Assembly (NCBI GenBank): GCA_051294375.1
Contig: CM119268.1
Coordinates: forward strand, 10,485,607-10,549,606
DNA: 64,000 nucleotides
Reading direction: 5' to 3'
Origin: Paraspadella gotoi
Taxonomy: Eukaryota > Animalia > Chaetognatha
Each line of letters opens with the position of its first letter. Position 1 is the stretch's first letter. The notes under the pieces are model-generated. The model searched no databases. It saw only the letters and a list, made by a program, of their open reading frames with translations, and was not told the origin of the DNA. Positions 39,863-52,365 of this stretch are shown here, piece after piece. The position numbers and the translations under genes are program-made.

Positions 39863-42800
39863 AGTGGAGAGAGAGAGAGAAATAGAGTAGAGAGAGAGAG
39901 CTTTTGCTTAATTGCTTATGGTCTGCAATGGTCGAAGAATAGGGTGTAATCGGGTCTGTCTGTCTGTCTGTCTGTAATCGTGGTTTGTCTTTCGAGTCAG
40001 TAATCTTCATTTCTTTAATGACCTTCAGACGCTTCTGGATTGACAACCTCCTCTGCGAGGGCGACGAGAAACGAATCTCGTCCTGCCGCTTCGACGGATG
40101 GGGTCTCCATGACTGCACCTTGAAGGAGGCCGCCGGCGTCAGGTAAGCATTCGTTTGTCGCGCTGCTTGACAGGTGCGTAACTGGTGAAAAGTGAACGTT
40201 ATTCTATCGTCCACCAAACCGCCAGGTGCAACGAGCAGATGCGAAACCGTAACAACACTTCCCGAAGTAGCAGCCGCACCGGCCAAAACGGTCGCGAAAG
40301 CTTAAGCGACGACGATGACGGAGGCAAAGCAGAGGCTTCATCGTCGTCGTTGTCAACGTCGTCGTCTACATCCTCACTGACGTCTTCGTCATCGTCGTCG
40401 TCTTCGAAGGCTCTCGTCTCGGACGAGGCGCTGCGGTCGCTCGAGTCGTCGACGATGACGTCGAGGAACTCCGACGGAGACTCCATCATAGACATCATGA
40501 AGAAGCTGCTGCTGGCAAGAAGGCGCCAGAGCAGGAGGAAGAGCGACGAATCGGCGGCGACGGCGACGACGACGAAAGGTTTGACATTTTATGAGATGGC
40601 GCTGCTTGAAATCAGAATTTTTGGCAGAGAAGCCGACGGATCAAGTTTTCTGTTTATAAATTTGTGATTTTTTTTTCATCGAAATTGTGTTAAAATTTCT
40701 TTCCGTTGCGTTTTTAGATTTTTTTTGGTTAATAAACAACGATTCTTTAAATAATATATCGTTGTTTATAATTATAAAGACAGCTATCATTTAAGGATGA
40801 AACTGCAAGCTGATAGGTTGATTCCGGTTCCATGCTTGACCAATCAGGATTCGGCGATTCCATTTCAGCGGAGATCGCCCGAGTCTCCGATCCGATTTGC
40901 TTTTGGTGGCTTGATACTCCTGCGATGCTATGAATAGATTTTATTCAAATTCTATATTTAGTTTTTAATTCTGGCTAACAACGATTAAAAAAATGTTGTC
41001 AATAGCCTGAATAGGTTAATAAAAAGATATAAAGCGACGGAGATTTGTTAAGAAACTCTGAACTTTGAAGTTAGAATTTTATTAATGCTCTTTCTATTTT
41101 AAATATATTTCAGCCGTCGCCTTCTCCTCTTCCTCTTCCTCTTCCATCTTCACAAACCCATTAGCTCCCATCTCTTCAACGAGGCCTTCATCGAGTCCTG
41201 GCTCTCCTCCGGTTGCTGCGTCAACGTCGGTAACTTTAGCAACGACCGTAGCAACGACGCCATCGACGACGTCTACGACGACGACGACGACGACGACAAA
41301 GTTGGCAACGGAAGCGACACTCGACATTCCCCTCATCTCCATCTCTGGCGTCGAAGAAGCCGACGGAGAGACGGAGAGCTCGATCCTCCAGCCGCCGCAG
41401 CCGGAGCAGCCGCGCAGCGGACCGCAGCCCCAAGGATCTCGCGGAATCTCTTACACGAACGACGACGGGAAGATGGAAGACGTCGTCGTCGAGGACGAAG
41501 ACGACGACGATGAGAACGACGACGCCGTCAACGAGGTGGAGAAAGCCACCGAGGACGGATTGGAGAAACTGGATGACACCTCGCTGATCAAGATCGAGGA
41601 GGAGGAAGAGGAGATGAAGAAGGAAGAGCTGGAGTTGGAGGAAGAGGAGGGGGTGTTCCTCGAAGACATGGATTATAAGAAGAAGAAGGTGGAGGAAAGG
41701 AAAGAGGGTGAGGTCGTGACAGAAAAAGAGGAAAAGAAGGAAACGACGGAATCTCCAACGGTTTCTCCACAATCTAGTCGAGACCCCGAGCGAACCACTT
41801 CCTTGCGGACGAGAGTCTTGGGCTCCGAAGCCGCCACCGGCCTCCAGGTAGTCGAGGTGGTGGTCGACGAAGCCGTCGACACCGTCCTTACCTCTTCGAC
41901 GCCGCGCGACGCCGCCGACGCGGAGACGGCGTCGAATCGCGTTCCCGGCGCCGACGTTTTGGGAGGTGGCGTCAGTGGCGGCGCCGACAGTATCTCGCCG
42001 GGGCAGACGGCGCGAGACGGCGCCTTCAACAGGATCGTGCCCAACAAGCGCGTCGGCGGCGTCGGGGGAGCGAGGGTAGGGATAAGTGCCGCTGTTGATC
42101 CGGCGAAGAAGAAGGTCCCTTGGGTCAAAGGTGAGGACAATCGAATCGGCCGAGGAATCGTTTTAGTTTAATTACATCAAACCTATTAGCTAAATCATTA
42201 AAACAATATGTAGATGGCGTGAAATGACGCCAGGCCGTATTAAGAACTTAGATCAACTTTGAACGTCAAACTTTACCGACGAAATTTACATAGTATTAAA
42301 AATATTTTGACGGTTTATATATTGCAATAACGATGACCAATATTGGTCTTCAGGCGAAGCGATGAAAGGCGTTCGCCTGACGAACGGGCGTCATGCGCAG
42401 GAAGGACGAGTCGAGGTTCTCATCGGGGGAAAATGGGGACTCGTCTGCGGCGACGGGTTCGGCATGATGGAGGTAAAGAAAAAAATTTGCATATTGCTGG
42501 AATTGTTGGAATAATTCTCACATTCATGTCAGCCTAATTAGTAATTACATGTTTTCTTTCTATGAAAATTTGATCTTCTGCACTTTCTCTTTGCGAGGAT
42601 TAGTCTTCATTTTTGTATCTAATACAAATTCTATCTTTTTCAAATTCAACCATTGTTTTTTATCTTATATTTTCGAATAACGAAATTTATCTATTAAAAC
42701 TCTGTGATTGCTTGTAATTGTCACTTTTTTTTTGAACAACAGTCATAGACCCATTCCACAATCCACATATTTTTGACTGTCACTCAAGTTTTCCCCCTCG

Positions 42801-45170
42801 TCTCCCCAAGGTGATCGTCATCTGCAAATCCCTGGGTCTCGGCGCGGGAGGCAATCCCGTGCAGACGACCTGGTGGGGAGGTGAGCTGGACGAGGTAGTC
42901 GTCAGCGGACTCACCTGCGGAGGAAAGGAAAGGTCGTTGGGCGAGTGTCGGTGGGACGAACCGGAACATACGCGGTGTCCGGGGAAGAAATCGATCGCCG
43001 GTGAGTCGGTGCGGGATGTGAGTTCGGGGGGGGGGTGCGGGAAATTGTAGGAAATGATATCCATTGTCATTATGTCATAATTGTATCGGTCAGAGGTAAT
43101 AAAATATTCCACAAGATTCTCTATACAATTTTTCTTGATAGTTTGCTCAAAGGAGTGAACTGTATTTAATGAACAGTGAACACCAAAAATTCTTATTCCT
43201 TACGCAAGATTATTTTTTCCAGGGGTAGCATTTGGATAAGACATATTTCTGACCCGTGATCACCCATCTCGACCTTTATTTTCTCCAGGCGTGGTGTGCG
43301 CCAACGACCTTCCCGATCTAATGCCCAACGGTCGTCTGCTACAGTCTCATATCTACTTGGAGGATCGACAGCTGTGGTACCTTCAGTGCGCAATGGAGGA
43401 GAACTGTCTCGCCTCGGACGCGTACCTCGTGCGTCAGAGGGAATACAACTGGGCCTATCACAACAGGCGGCTGCTCAGGTCATTAATATTAACATCCTGA
43501 TATAACAACGACACATCACAATCCGTTCCGACCAACAGGTTTACTTCAAGCATCTTCAACAACGGAACTCAGGACTTTCGTCCATTCATTCCGAAGCACT
43601 TGTGGCAGTGGCACATGTGTCATATGCATTATCACTCCATGGAGGTCTTTACTCACTACGACCTCTTCGAACCGAGGTTCGTGTTTGCGATGATTGATGA
43701 TGTTTGATTCTTTCTATTTTTTGTCCTTATTGGTTTAAGGCCCGATGAGATTTTGTACATTTATCTAATTACCATATTGCAGGCGTAGATTTTTGTCCTA
43801 CAAGTGTAAAAAAAAAACTGAATTAAAGTAAAGAGTTAGTGATAGGTTTCAAAAAGTAAAATAAGTGATTCATCAACAAATTTTAAAACGAGCCTTTAAA
43901 CGATAAATATAAAAGAAAATTAAATCCTGTTAAATTTCATCAGGTCGGGCGTCAAAGTCGCCGAAGGGCACAAGGCGAGCTTCTGCCTGGAGGATTCATC
44001 TTGCTCCGGTAACGCAAGAATTCGGTTTCAATGCGCCGGCTATGGTGACCAAGGAATATCGCCGGGTGAGTGATAAGGATGCACGGTGGGAGGGAAAGGA
44101 TGGGAGCAATGCCGGTTCATTTGTGGAATATCTTCGAAGTTCTATTCGGGATCTTTGAAAACTGTCGAAGTTCGTAAAATAATTCGATGTTAATTTTTAT
44201 TTTCTCGCGTCTTTTCCCTTTTTTTTCGTTTTATTTTGAATAATGCATCAAATTTGTTTCGCTTTGCATATAATTAAGACATTTTATTATTCTACCAAGT
44301 TATGATAATGGGGATATTAAATCGAGGGCGAGGCTACCGTATTTGTACAGAAACCGCCTACAGTTGGAGATATTGGAGAAAAGAGCATTTTTACATAAAA
44401 AGTAATAGTTATTTTTCTTAAAAATAGGTTTTTTTATTAGCTATTTTTCTCTAAAAATCAACATATACCGCCAACTCCGCTTCGTACTTCCAGACAATGA
44501 AAAAAGAAAAGGGAGAAAGAATGGGCGAACGAAAGGGAGAGAGTAAAGAGAGATAGAGAGAGACAGAGAAAGAAAGAGAAAGAAAGATAAAGAAAGATAA
44601 ATAGAGATAAATAGAGATAAATAGAGAGTTTCAAATTTTCAAAGAGTGAGACTCGCGATAGAAACGAATTCAACAAAAATACTTTTTCTACGTCCATTTC
44701 AACAATTGGTTCATTTGTTTAATAAACTCCATCCACCGAACAGGCTGCGAGGACACCTACTGGGCGAGCATCGATTGCCAATGGATCGATATCACGGGCG
44801 TCCTCCCCGGAACCTACATCTTCCGTGTCTCCATCAACCCCGAGTTCAAAGTCCCTGAGCGCGACTTCGACAACAACGCCCTCATCTGTCAGCTTGACTA
44901 CAACGGTGTCTCGGTCCTAGCGAGGAATTGCAGGTGGCGTATTATTGACTTTCTTTTTTTTTTTTTAGCTTATATAAGTTAGCGGCGAGTATTAAATTTT
45001 CTTTCACTTCAATATATATCTAAAGGCCCTTCTGTATGCTTGCTTATTTATATACGTATTAAAACACGAATTGTGCATTTTCGTTATATAGGCTTGGCCC
45101 CGTCGACTCGATGGAGTGGGCACCTCGAGGTTACACTCTTCCGAATCTGTGGCACACCTCGCGACGATGA
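26449..45170 (+). CDS. LOXL: lysyl oxidase-like protein: signal exon, SRCR, long Ser-rich/acidic linker, SRCR, LOX catalytic domain
   Basis: Putative exon 1 26449-26805 (hydrophobic leader, RRKR, phase-0 GAG|GTGAG donor) joins the SRCR exon [33 protein letters not shown] (39587-). SRCR2 VRLTNG..GRVEV. LOX domain [42 protein letters not shown] (Cu-binding His), [13 protein letters not shown] (LTQ Lys), GCEDTY (LTQ Tyr), [23 protein letters not shown]. Stop TGA at 45168-45170. The exon 1 assignment is less certain than the rest. Confidence 0.92.
28295..35889 (+). repeat. copy A of a ~7.6-kb direct duplication (LOXL intron 1 to the Cu-binding exon); frameshifted exons
   Basis: Collinear with 35915-43664; it ends abruptly at ...ACTCACTACGACCT next to the N gap. 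Confidence 0.95.
35890..35914. other. assembly gap (25 N)
   Basis: Run of N characters. Confidence 1.
35915..43664 (+). repeat. copy B of the ~7.6-kb duplication; continues into the unique 3' LOXL exons
   Basis: Starts with the same TTTTCGTTCGAGG..GAGTGGTTTCGCTTATCGGG as 28295; noisy at its start and clean toward its end. Confidence 0.95.
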
Positions 45171-45821
45171 CGACAGGCGGCCCCCGGGGATTTCTGTAGT
45201 TTTGATTAATAATCGCTGTCACCTTCGCAAAATCCTTTCTCAATTTACTTCTCATTCTTTCATCTCTCCTCCGGCGAATCAACCAATGACTGCCAGTTTT
45301 TTTGTTTTTTTTTTATTAGCCGGTGATCTTGTTTGCCGACCACGATTCTTTATATTACGCTAGTTGAAATAATTCTTAAAAGTATTGCCTAATCCCGTGT
45401 ACAAAAGAAGCTTTTGATTTGTTGTAAATTATCGCAAGGTATATCGCCCTCGATTAAAGTTGATACTATTGTTTTTGTTTTACTTGTTGATTGTTGCAAA
45501 TACATTCGCTATGAAAAAAAACATTTTATTTCAGTCTAATTGATAATATATTTGAATCAATCAGAGGGCCAATAGCAAAATCTTGCAAAATTAATATATA
45601 ACAATTCAATGTAGTCTTAATTATTGTAACAGTCACTTAGTAACTTTTTTTTTAAAAATAATCTATAATCATTAACCCATCACACACGTACATATATGAC
45701 GCTTGTAAATAATCACAAGACTAAAATCAATTTGTATTTACAGAAAATTAACCGACAATCACCAACGTAAGTAAAAATTTACTATAAGGACACCAAAATA
45801 GAAGCGTGAGCGTTTATTTTC

Positions 45822-47807
45822 TCAAAGCAAAACCGTAGCTGACAGGGGAGGCAAAACGCCAACCGGTTGTTGAGAGTACGTTTTCAAACCCATCGCCGCG
45901 CAAACCTGGTTGCAAGCGTGAGTCTGAAAAAACAGTTTGACTCCTTCTTCCGCCAGATTCATTTCCCCGAAGCGCGTCAACGCCTTGCTGTGAATCACGG
46001 GATCCGTGAGAACCACCGAGGTTCCGTTTTTTATCCCTTGAAGATCCACGACGATCAAGTAACCATCGGTGATGTCGTAGGTCCAGTGGCTGAAGGCCTG
46101 CATGGAGGCGCTGAAGTCTTCTTCATTGACCCAGCCCCAGTTGTTGTTGAACTTGCGATAGTCGCCTCCCATGTAGGGCTCCTTAGCGGAGTATGTCTCT
46201 TCGCCCTTAATGAAACGGACGAGCTCGCTCTGCAGGTAGGTCAGCTCCTTAACACCGTTTGGTTTGATTTTGTTGAAAACCCTAGCCATGTAGAATGCGA
46301 CAGCTTGAACCTCCATTTCGCAAAACAACTTCTGAAAAACTTGGTTTTTGCTTGATTTTCTCAGAAAACTTTTGATAACGCTCATCCGGTCTTCGTCTTC
46401 GCCGTCGAGCCGATCCTTGGCGTAAAAGGCCGCTTTGAAAGCGCCGTGGGCGAACGGACGTGGCGCCGTTCTGACGAGCCCCTTTTGGGTATTAATCTTG
46501 AAGTCGTTTCTGATAACGTACAAGACATGGGCTTTAATGTTGCCCGCAGGCTGAGGAATCTCGAACGAGTAAGACTTGTACTCTTTCTCCTCGATCGAGT
46601 TCCAATCATCGGGCATTTCGGTTACCAAGTCGACGGCGACGCGATCATCGACTCCCGGTCGCCGACTCGTGATTAGATCCTCGCTCGCGGAGATCGAGGA
46701 CGAAATAGTCTTCGAGATCGAATCTAGAAAGACGTCGAGAGACGCCGCGGGACACACATTGATCCAGCCATCGTCGCGGCGCATGATCTTTTTGAACTCG
46801 GAAATCATCTTGTCCGTGTTATTAGTGATTTTGAAGAACATGTAAGAATCAATTAGCTCTCGCAATCTCGGCAGCAAATCCTCGGCTGTCAATCCGTTGG
46901 GGTCACCGTCCTCGTGATCGTCCCGGGTCAAGTTGTGAAATCTCCTGCCGTGACACGGCGCGTCGGTCACGTGGAGAAGGACCTTCGTCGGAGAGCTCCA
47001 TCCTAATTCCGTCACCTTCTTGAATCCTCCAAAGACATCTTCGGGTCCATCGCCGCCGCCCGTCGCTTCCACGCCCGCTACGAACTCTTTGAACTCCTCG
47101 ACGGAATTCGTAAAGTCTCGGACTTCGAACTGGCCGTGAGACGAGCCCGCGTCGCAATGATCCCGGTAGGCGACCATGGCCAGATTCAGCTTGAGGTATA
47201 AATGCTTTTTCTTTAAATCGTCGACCAAATTCGTGATCTTGTCGCGGACTCCCCTGATATGACCGTCCATGCTGCCGGTGGCGTCAATAAGGAAACAGGC
47301 GTCGACGGTGCTCGCTCTTTTGATATTTCCAATCAGCTCCGCGATTTCTTGTCGACGTTCGAGAATTTTTTTATGCTTGAGCCTCTCCTTGAAGATGTCG
47401 TCCTCCAACATCTTGCTCTGGGCGTTTTCGGCCGCCGTGGAGTTTTCTAACCGGTTGTTTTCCCTCCTCAGCTGCTCCAACTTCATCCTTCGCTGCGCGT
47501 TCCTGTTCCCGGCCGCACGTTCTTGAAGCAATCGTTGTTTTCTCTCTTCCTCCTTTTTCTCTTCCAATACAAAGGCCTCGTCGACGCTGTCCAGAGGTTC
47601 TTCGCTGATCGTATTGAACATTAACTTCATGGCGCCGGCGGTATCGTCTTCCTCGCGGCGATCGTCCTCCTTCCGCCGCTCGTCTTCGCCTTTGAACTTC
47701 GACGAGTCGATGGCATTGAGCGTCAACCTGGCAGTACGAGGCCGAGGCTTTTCCCCTGATTTCAAATTAGCAAAAAGTTTTGCCAAAAATTCTTCTTTTT
47801 CCGCCAT
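45822..47807 (-). CDS. vWA-domain alpha-kinase (eEF2K/MHCK fold, VwkA-like) with N-terminal coiled coil; intronless coding region
   Basis: 661-aa ORF. vWA: DACFLIDATGSM (MIDAS), VAYRDH, GGGDGPED, VTDAPCHG. Alpha-kinase: PFAHGAFKAAF, VIK, EMEVQ, EPYMGGDYRKFNNNWG, QAFSHWTY, VVDLQG, LTDPVIH, FGEMNLAEEG, HACNQVC. Confidence 0.95.
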   Translation of the reverse strand: MAEKEEFLAKLFANLKSGEKPRPRTARLTLNAIDSSKFKGEDERRKEDDRREEDDTAGAMKLMFNTISEEPLDSVDEAFVLEEKKEEERKQRLLQERAAGNRNAQRRMKLEQLRRENNRLENSTAAENAQSKMLEDDIFKERLKHKKILERRQEIAELIGNIKRASTVDACFLIDATGSMDGHIRGVRDKITNLVDDLKKKHLYLKLNLAMVAYRDHCDAGSSHGQFEVRDFTNSVEEFKEFVAGVEATGGGDGPEDVFGGFKKVTELGWSSPTKVLLHVTDAPCHGRRFHNLTRDDHEDGDPNGLTAEDLLPRLRELIDSYMFFKITNNTDKMISEFKKIMRRDDGWINVCPAASLDVFLDSISKTISSSISASEDLITSRRPGVDDRVAVDLVTEMPDDWNSIEEKEYKSYSFEIPQPAGNIKAHVLYVIRNDFKINTQKGLVRTAPRPFAHGAFKAAFYAKDRLDGEDEDRMSVIKSFLRKSSKNQVFQKLFCEMEVQAVAFYMARVFNKIKPNGVKELTYLQSELVRFIKGEETYSAKEPYMGGDYRKFNNNWGWVNEEDFSASMQAFSHWTYDITDGYLIVVDLQGIKNGTSVVLTDPVIHSKALTRFGEMNLAEEGVKLFFQTHACNQVCAAMGLKTYSQQPVGVLPPLSATVLL

Positions 47808-48163
47808 ATTGACGCTTCAATGTTTACTCGTAAGATCGATCTAAACTAAAATTAAAAACCAAACTTAGTTAGATATCAGAATACACAATTCTATTTATAC
47901 AAACTATGAACCCAAAAACTAAATTATAATTGAAAAAAATTTCGTAATTATAATATTCAAATATTCACAAATGTGACCAGTATGTTCCTTCTGCTATCAA
48001 TGTTATAAAATTGACATTCAGATTTTAAAAAGCTAATCCTTTTTTTTTTAACCTAAAACACCCAAAAAATCTTTTAAATTTACATGTTATCATTTTTCAA
48101 ATTCTACAAATTCAATGTCTTTTTCAGTCACCCTTACAAGCATCGCTTCAGTCCCCGGACCAA

Positions 48164-49376
48164 TCAATCCTCCAACAATGCTTTCATCAACATGAGCATG
48201 GCCAATTTACTGGCATCACCCTGACCCTTAGGCGGTCTAATAACCGTCATGTTGTGCTGCTTGTGTCGATTCTTGTTGAAGCAAGTGGAACAAAGATCGT
48301 AATTGTCGCATTCGACGCACTTGAAGCGATTGCCGTACACCTTTCCAGAGCAGCCATCGCATCGAACTCCAGGATGACGACCCTCGGAAGAATCTTTCTC
48401 ATCCTCTTTGCCCCCACTCGTCTGTTCTTGCCTCCGATCCCTCGAGCACTGCTTGACAATATCCAGAGCTGTAGGCCGATCGTTTGGATCCGGCAGCAGC
48501 ATCTTCACGATCAACTCTCGCAAGGGTTGAGAGTAAAATCCGGGGAGAGGGTTGTCCGCTCCTTTCCAATTGACAGCGGGGAATTTAAGAAGGTGCTCCC
48601 CGTTGTTGCAGTAGAAAGCCATGACGGCGCCAAAGGACCAAATGTCGGCGGCGAAGCTGTACTTATTACCTAGCAGAACTTCGGGCGCCATGTAGATCAT
48701 TGTTCCTGCTTGGGTGTGGGCGTAGAATTTTGCCCTGTCGTCGGGGACTATGAGCTTGGCCAGGCCGAAGTCGCCTAACTTCCAAGAGATGCCATCTCCG
48801 TCATTGACCCCTGAAAGGCAGAAATAACCCTAATTAACCAGAAGAAAATGAATGAAACTGAAATAATGTTTTTCACCCAAAATGTTGTCCGGCTTGAGGT
48901 CTCGGTGCATGATGTGCTTCTCGTGCATGTAATGAAATGCGGAGGTGAGATGAGAAATGAAGCGCCACGTGTTAAACTCGGCACCGAGACCGCGACGCCA
49001 CCGCGCCGCGTCGCTCTCAAACTTTTCCACGTGTTTCGTCAAAGTGCCAAAGTTCGCGAATTCCATCAGGATGAAGATGGCGCCCTTCTTTTCAAAGGAG
49101 CCTTTGTACCTGAGATAATTGCTCTTTGATGACATGAAAAGGCGGATGAAAAGAGACATTACTGTGCCGCATTTACCCGATAATGTTGTCGTGTTCGCAT
49201 TCCTTGAGCACTTCAATTTCCTTCAGCGCAGATTTGTCCGGATTCTTCAAATGTTTTAAAGCGTAGGTCTGACCGTCTTTCCTCACTTTGTAAACAGAGC
49301 CGAATTGACCCTCGCCGAGTTTGACGGGATTTCCCGACGAGCCGAGTATCATGCTAACATCAAATTGCTTCGCCAT
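48164..49376 (-). CDS. Ser/Thr kinase (NEK-like) with C-terminal ZZ zinc finger, 3 exons (K1)
   Basis: LGEGQFGSVYKV, YALK, KEIEVL, FILMEFA, HRDLKPDN, KLGDFGLAK, GTMIYMAPE, ADIWSFG; then HPGVRCDGC..RFKCVECDNYDLCSTCF..H..HNM; ends LAMLMLMKALLED*. Confidence 0.92.
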
Positions 49377-49779
49377 GACAAAGGTTTGGCATTAAACTTT
49401 CTAAAAACAAGTTAGAGCAAACAATGTCGGATCTGCCCACGATCATTAACGGTAATTAATTAATTAATTAATAATTAAATAATTCAAATTAATTAAATAA
49501 TTCAAGTTAATTAATAAAGTAATTAGCCAATTAATTAATTAATTTGATCCCACATATTTGTTTTTAGGTCTTTTCGTCACTAACCACGACAAAAGCAATG
49601 ACGACGATGAGAATAATGCCGATAACGATTGACTTGATTGATTGACTGATTACTTAATTATGGAATAATTAATTGACTAATTGATTAATTAACTGATTAA
49701 TTATTTGATTAATTAATACATCTTGCATTTACATTTAATATAAAAAGAAAAAGAAGCATAATCACTTAGTGAAACAGTT

Positions 49780-50320
49780 TTTTTGTTTTTTTTATTTAAA
49801 ATTATTTCCACTCAAACAATTCCATTGAAACTTTATTTCCAGCTTAATCACACACTTTCCCACCCACATACAAAATTTCAGGTCAATCGCCCCATCCACT
49901 CATAAGCAATTGGTGTTCAAATAGTGAAATATATTTTTTTTTCCATTTAAACTCATTTCCACTCGGATGATTCCATTAAAACTTCATATCCACTATCCAG
50001 CTCAATCACACACTTTCCTACCCACACACAAAATTTCATTCCAATCTATCCATCCAATCACGAGTAATTGGTATTTTTTGCTAAGGTGGGACGGATGGAC
50101 GGAGGGATGGACGGACGGAGGGAGGGAGGGACAGATGGACGGACGGACGAACATCATCTTTTGTGCATAATTTATCATAATTCGATGTTCTGACATGATA
50201 TAAATGAGTGCCCGACAAGATTGAGGGCGGACTGGGGATTGGGCGGATTGGGGGCGGACCGACAGACCGACAAAGTGAATTATAGAGTCGGGATCTGCTG
50301 ATAAGCAGATCCGACTAAAA
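49780..50320 (+). mobile_element. non-autonomous Helentron/HINE (DINE-1-like) element between kinase genes
   Basis: Two ~150-bp internal repeats containing CAAAATTTCA..CAATC..CATCC, a (GGAC/GGAG)n microsatellite at ~50089-50150, and a terminal hairpin GTCGG(G)ATCTGCT..AGCAGATCCGAC followed by TAAAAA. Confidence 0.55.
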
Positions 50321-50537
50321 ATAAACGAAAAAAATTATTAACAAAAAGTAAACTTTAACAATTACTACCACATGTACAGAGAAAAGAAAAACTACTATCA
50401 ATTATCAATCAAATTATCAATTATTCAAATAAAGAAAGTCCAGGCAACACAAAGACTAATATTTTTCGTGTCGATAAATCCCAAAGTACGCTCGGTATTA
50501 TTTCTTCTATTAAGTTAAATCAAAACTTAACATATTC

Positions 50538-52365
50538 TCATTTAGAAAACATCGATCTCTTTTTGACCCTTTCCTTTTTTCTCATCTGGCGAAAAATCTC
50601 AATATCTTCTTCTTCGCTCTCATCCGTACTACTTTCTGTTTCCCTGTTTCGTGAACGGTCATCACGATTTCGACGACGTTGTCGATCATTGCTACGACGG
50701 CGTCTTCGGCGACGATCATCGTCGCCACGATGGTCACTCTCATCACTGCGATGTCCACTGGCGTCACGGCAATGGCTCGTGTCGCGCCGCCGATGTTTAC
50801 TATCATATCGAGGAAGATCCCGACATGTTCGTTCGTCGCGACATGATGATCTTCCATGACGACTTTCTCCATTACTTCCACTTCCCCCACTTTTTCTGCT
50901 GTCGTAGCCACTGCTTTTATCAGCGCAACAATTCGATCGTCCTCGCCGAACATAACATTTTCTGCAAAGATGATCATCCAAAGCTAAAGAAAGTTCTCTT
51001 CGGGATTTATCATCAGGCCTCTTCTTCTCTTTGGTTTTCAGTTCTAGTTGATCGAGACGAATACATATTGTAGCTAAGGTCCGTTCCATTACCGTCAAGC
51101 GATCTTGAGATTTAGCATCATTGGATAGTGAGCACAATTTATCTACGTCCTTAGCAGTCAGTGGATCACTCATGCCATTTCTTACTGCTTCGTCTTTTAT
51201 TTCACTACAAACATCGATGCCTTGCAGAATGATTGTCATTTCATTTTGCTTCCGATTGTTCAACCGAGTCACGCCAAGCTCTCCAAGGAAACCACCATGA
51301 CAGTACGGTCGTTCTTGTCTCTCTTCGCGCATACATTCCTGTAGAATGACAGCAGGACTCAGGCGCTCGTCCGGTTCCGGGAGCAACATTTTAGCAATCA
51401 AATCTCGCAAAGCTGCTGAGTAAAATCCTGGAATTGGTTTGACCAAACCCTTCCAGTTAATGGCTGGAAACTGTAGAAGATGTTGACCTTTGTTGCAGAA
51501 GAACCATAGAAGGCATCCAAAAGCCCAGATATCTGCGGGAAAGCTATAGTTATTTCCCAGTAGTACTTCGGGTGCCATATAAATGATGGTTCCGCACACA
51601 GTCTCGGGATAATTATTCTGAAAGAAATTGGCCAAACCAAAGTCACCCAACTTCCAGGTGATGCCATCTCTATTGCTAACGCCTAGGATATAAAAAATTT
51701 TAAAAAACGTTAAATACAAATATTAATGTGGAAGAGGAGGTTTCCTTCTCACGCAGTCACGCATGGGAAGCAGTTTATAACTGTTTTGCTCTTTTAATTT
51801 ATTAGTTCTTAGTTAAGATCTTACCCATTCAGCAGGTGTCGCTTCTTTTTTTTACCTAAAACGTTGTCGGGTTTAACATCCCGATGCATAATGCGCTTTT
51901 CATGTAGATATTGAAAAGCGGAAGAAAGATGAGTGATGAATCGCCAAACGTTGAATTCGGCACCCAAACCCTCGCGCCACTCAGTGTCATTTGATAACCT
52001 CTGCAAATGCCTCGTTAGCGACCCGACGTCGGCATACTCCATCAGAATGAATAACTCGTTTTCTTTCTCGAAAGAACCTTTGAACCTGCGGCAAAGTATC
52101 AAATGAATCAAATCAATTAATGAATCAATTAATAAATCTAAATATGGCGGTACCCGATAATGTTGATGTGTTGGCATTCCTTAAGAACTTCAATCTCGGA
52201 AGATAAAATCTTCTTGTCAAAATCTCTGAATTTTTTTAAAGCATAAATTGTTTCTCCTTTCCTCACTTTGTATACTTCTCCAAACTGACCACAGCCAAGT
52301 TTTATAGGTTTTCCCATATCGCTGAGAAAAATACTCAGGTCCAGTTGTGATGTCATGATTGTCAT
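50538..52365 (-). CDS. Ser/Thr kinase paralog with a different C-terminus (helical region plus Arg/Asp/Ser-rich tail), 3 exons (K2)
   Basis: LGCGQFGEVYKV, YALKK, SEIEVLKEC, FILMEYAD, GAEFNVWRF, HRDVKPDN, KLGDFGLA, GTIIYMAPE; same intron positions as K1; no ZZ finger. Confidence 0.9.

Noticed and set aside
47807-48164. Spliced fusion of kinase-ZZ to the vWA alpha-kinase
   Set aside because: An in-frame TGA lies between the acceptor at ~47841 and the ATG at 47807.
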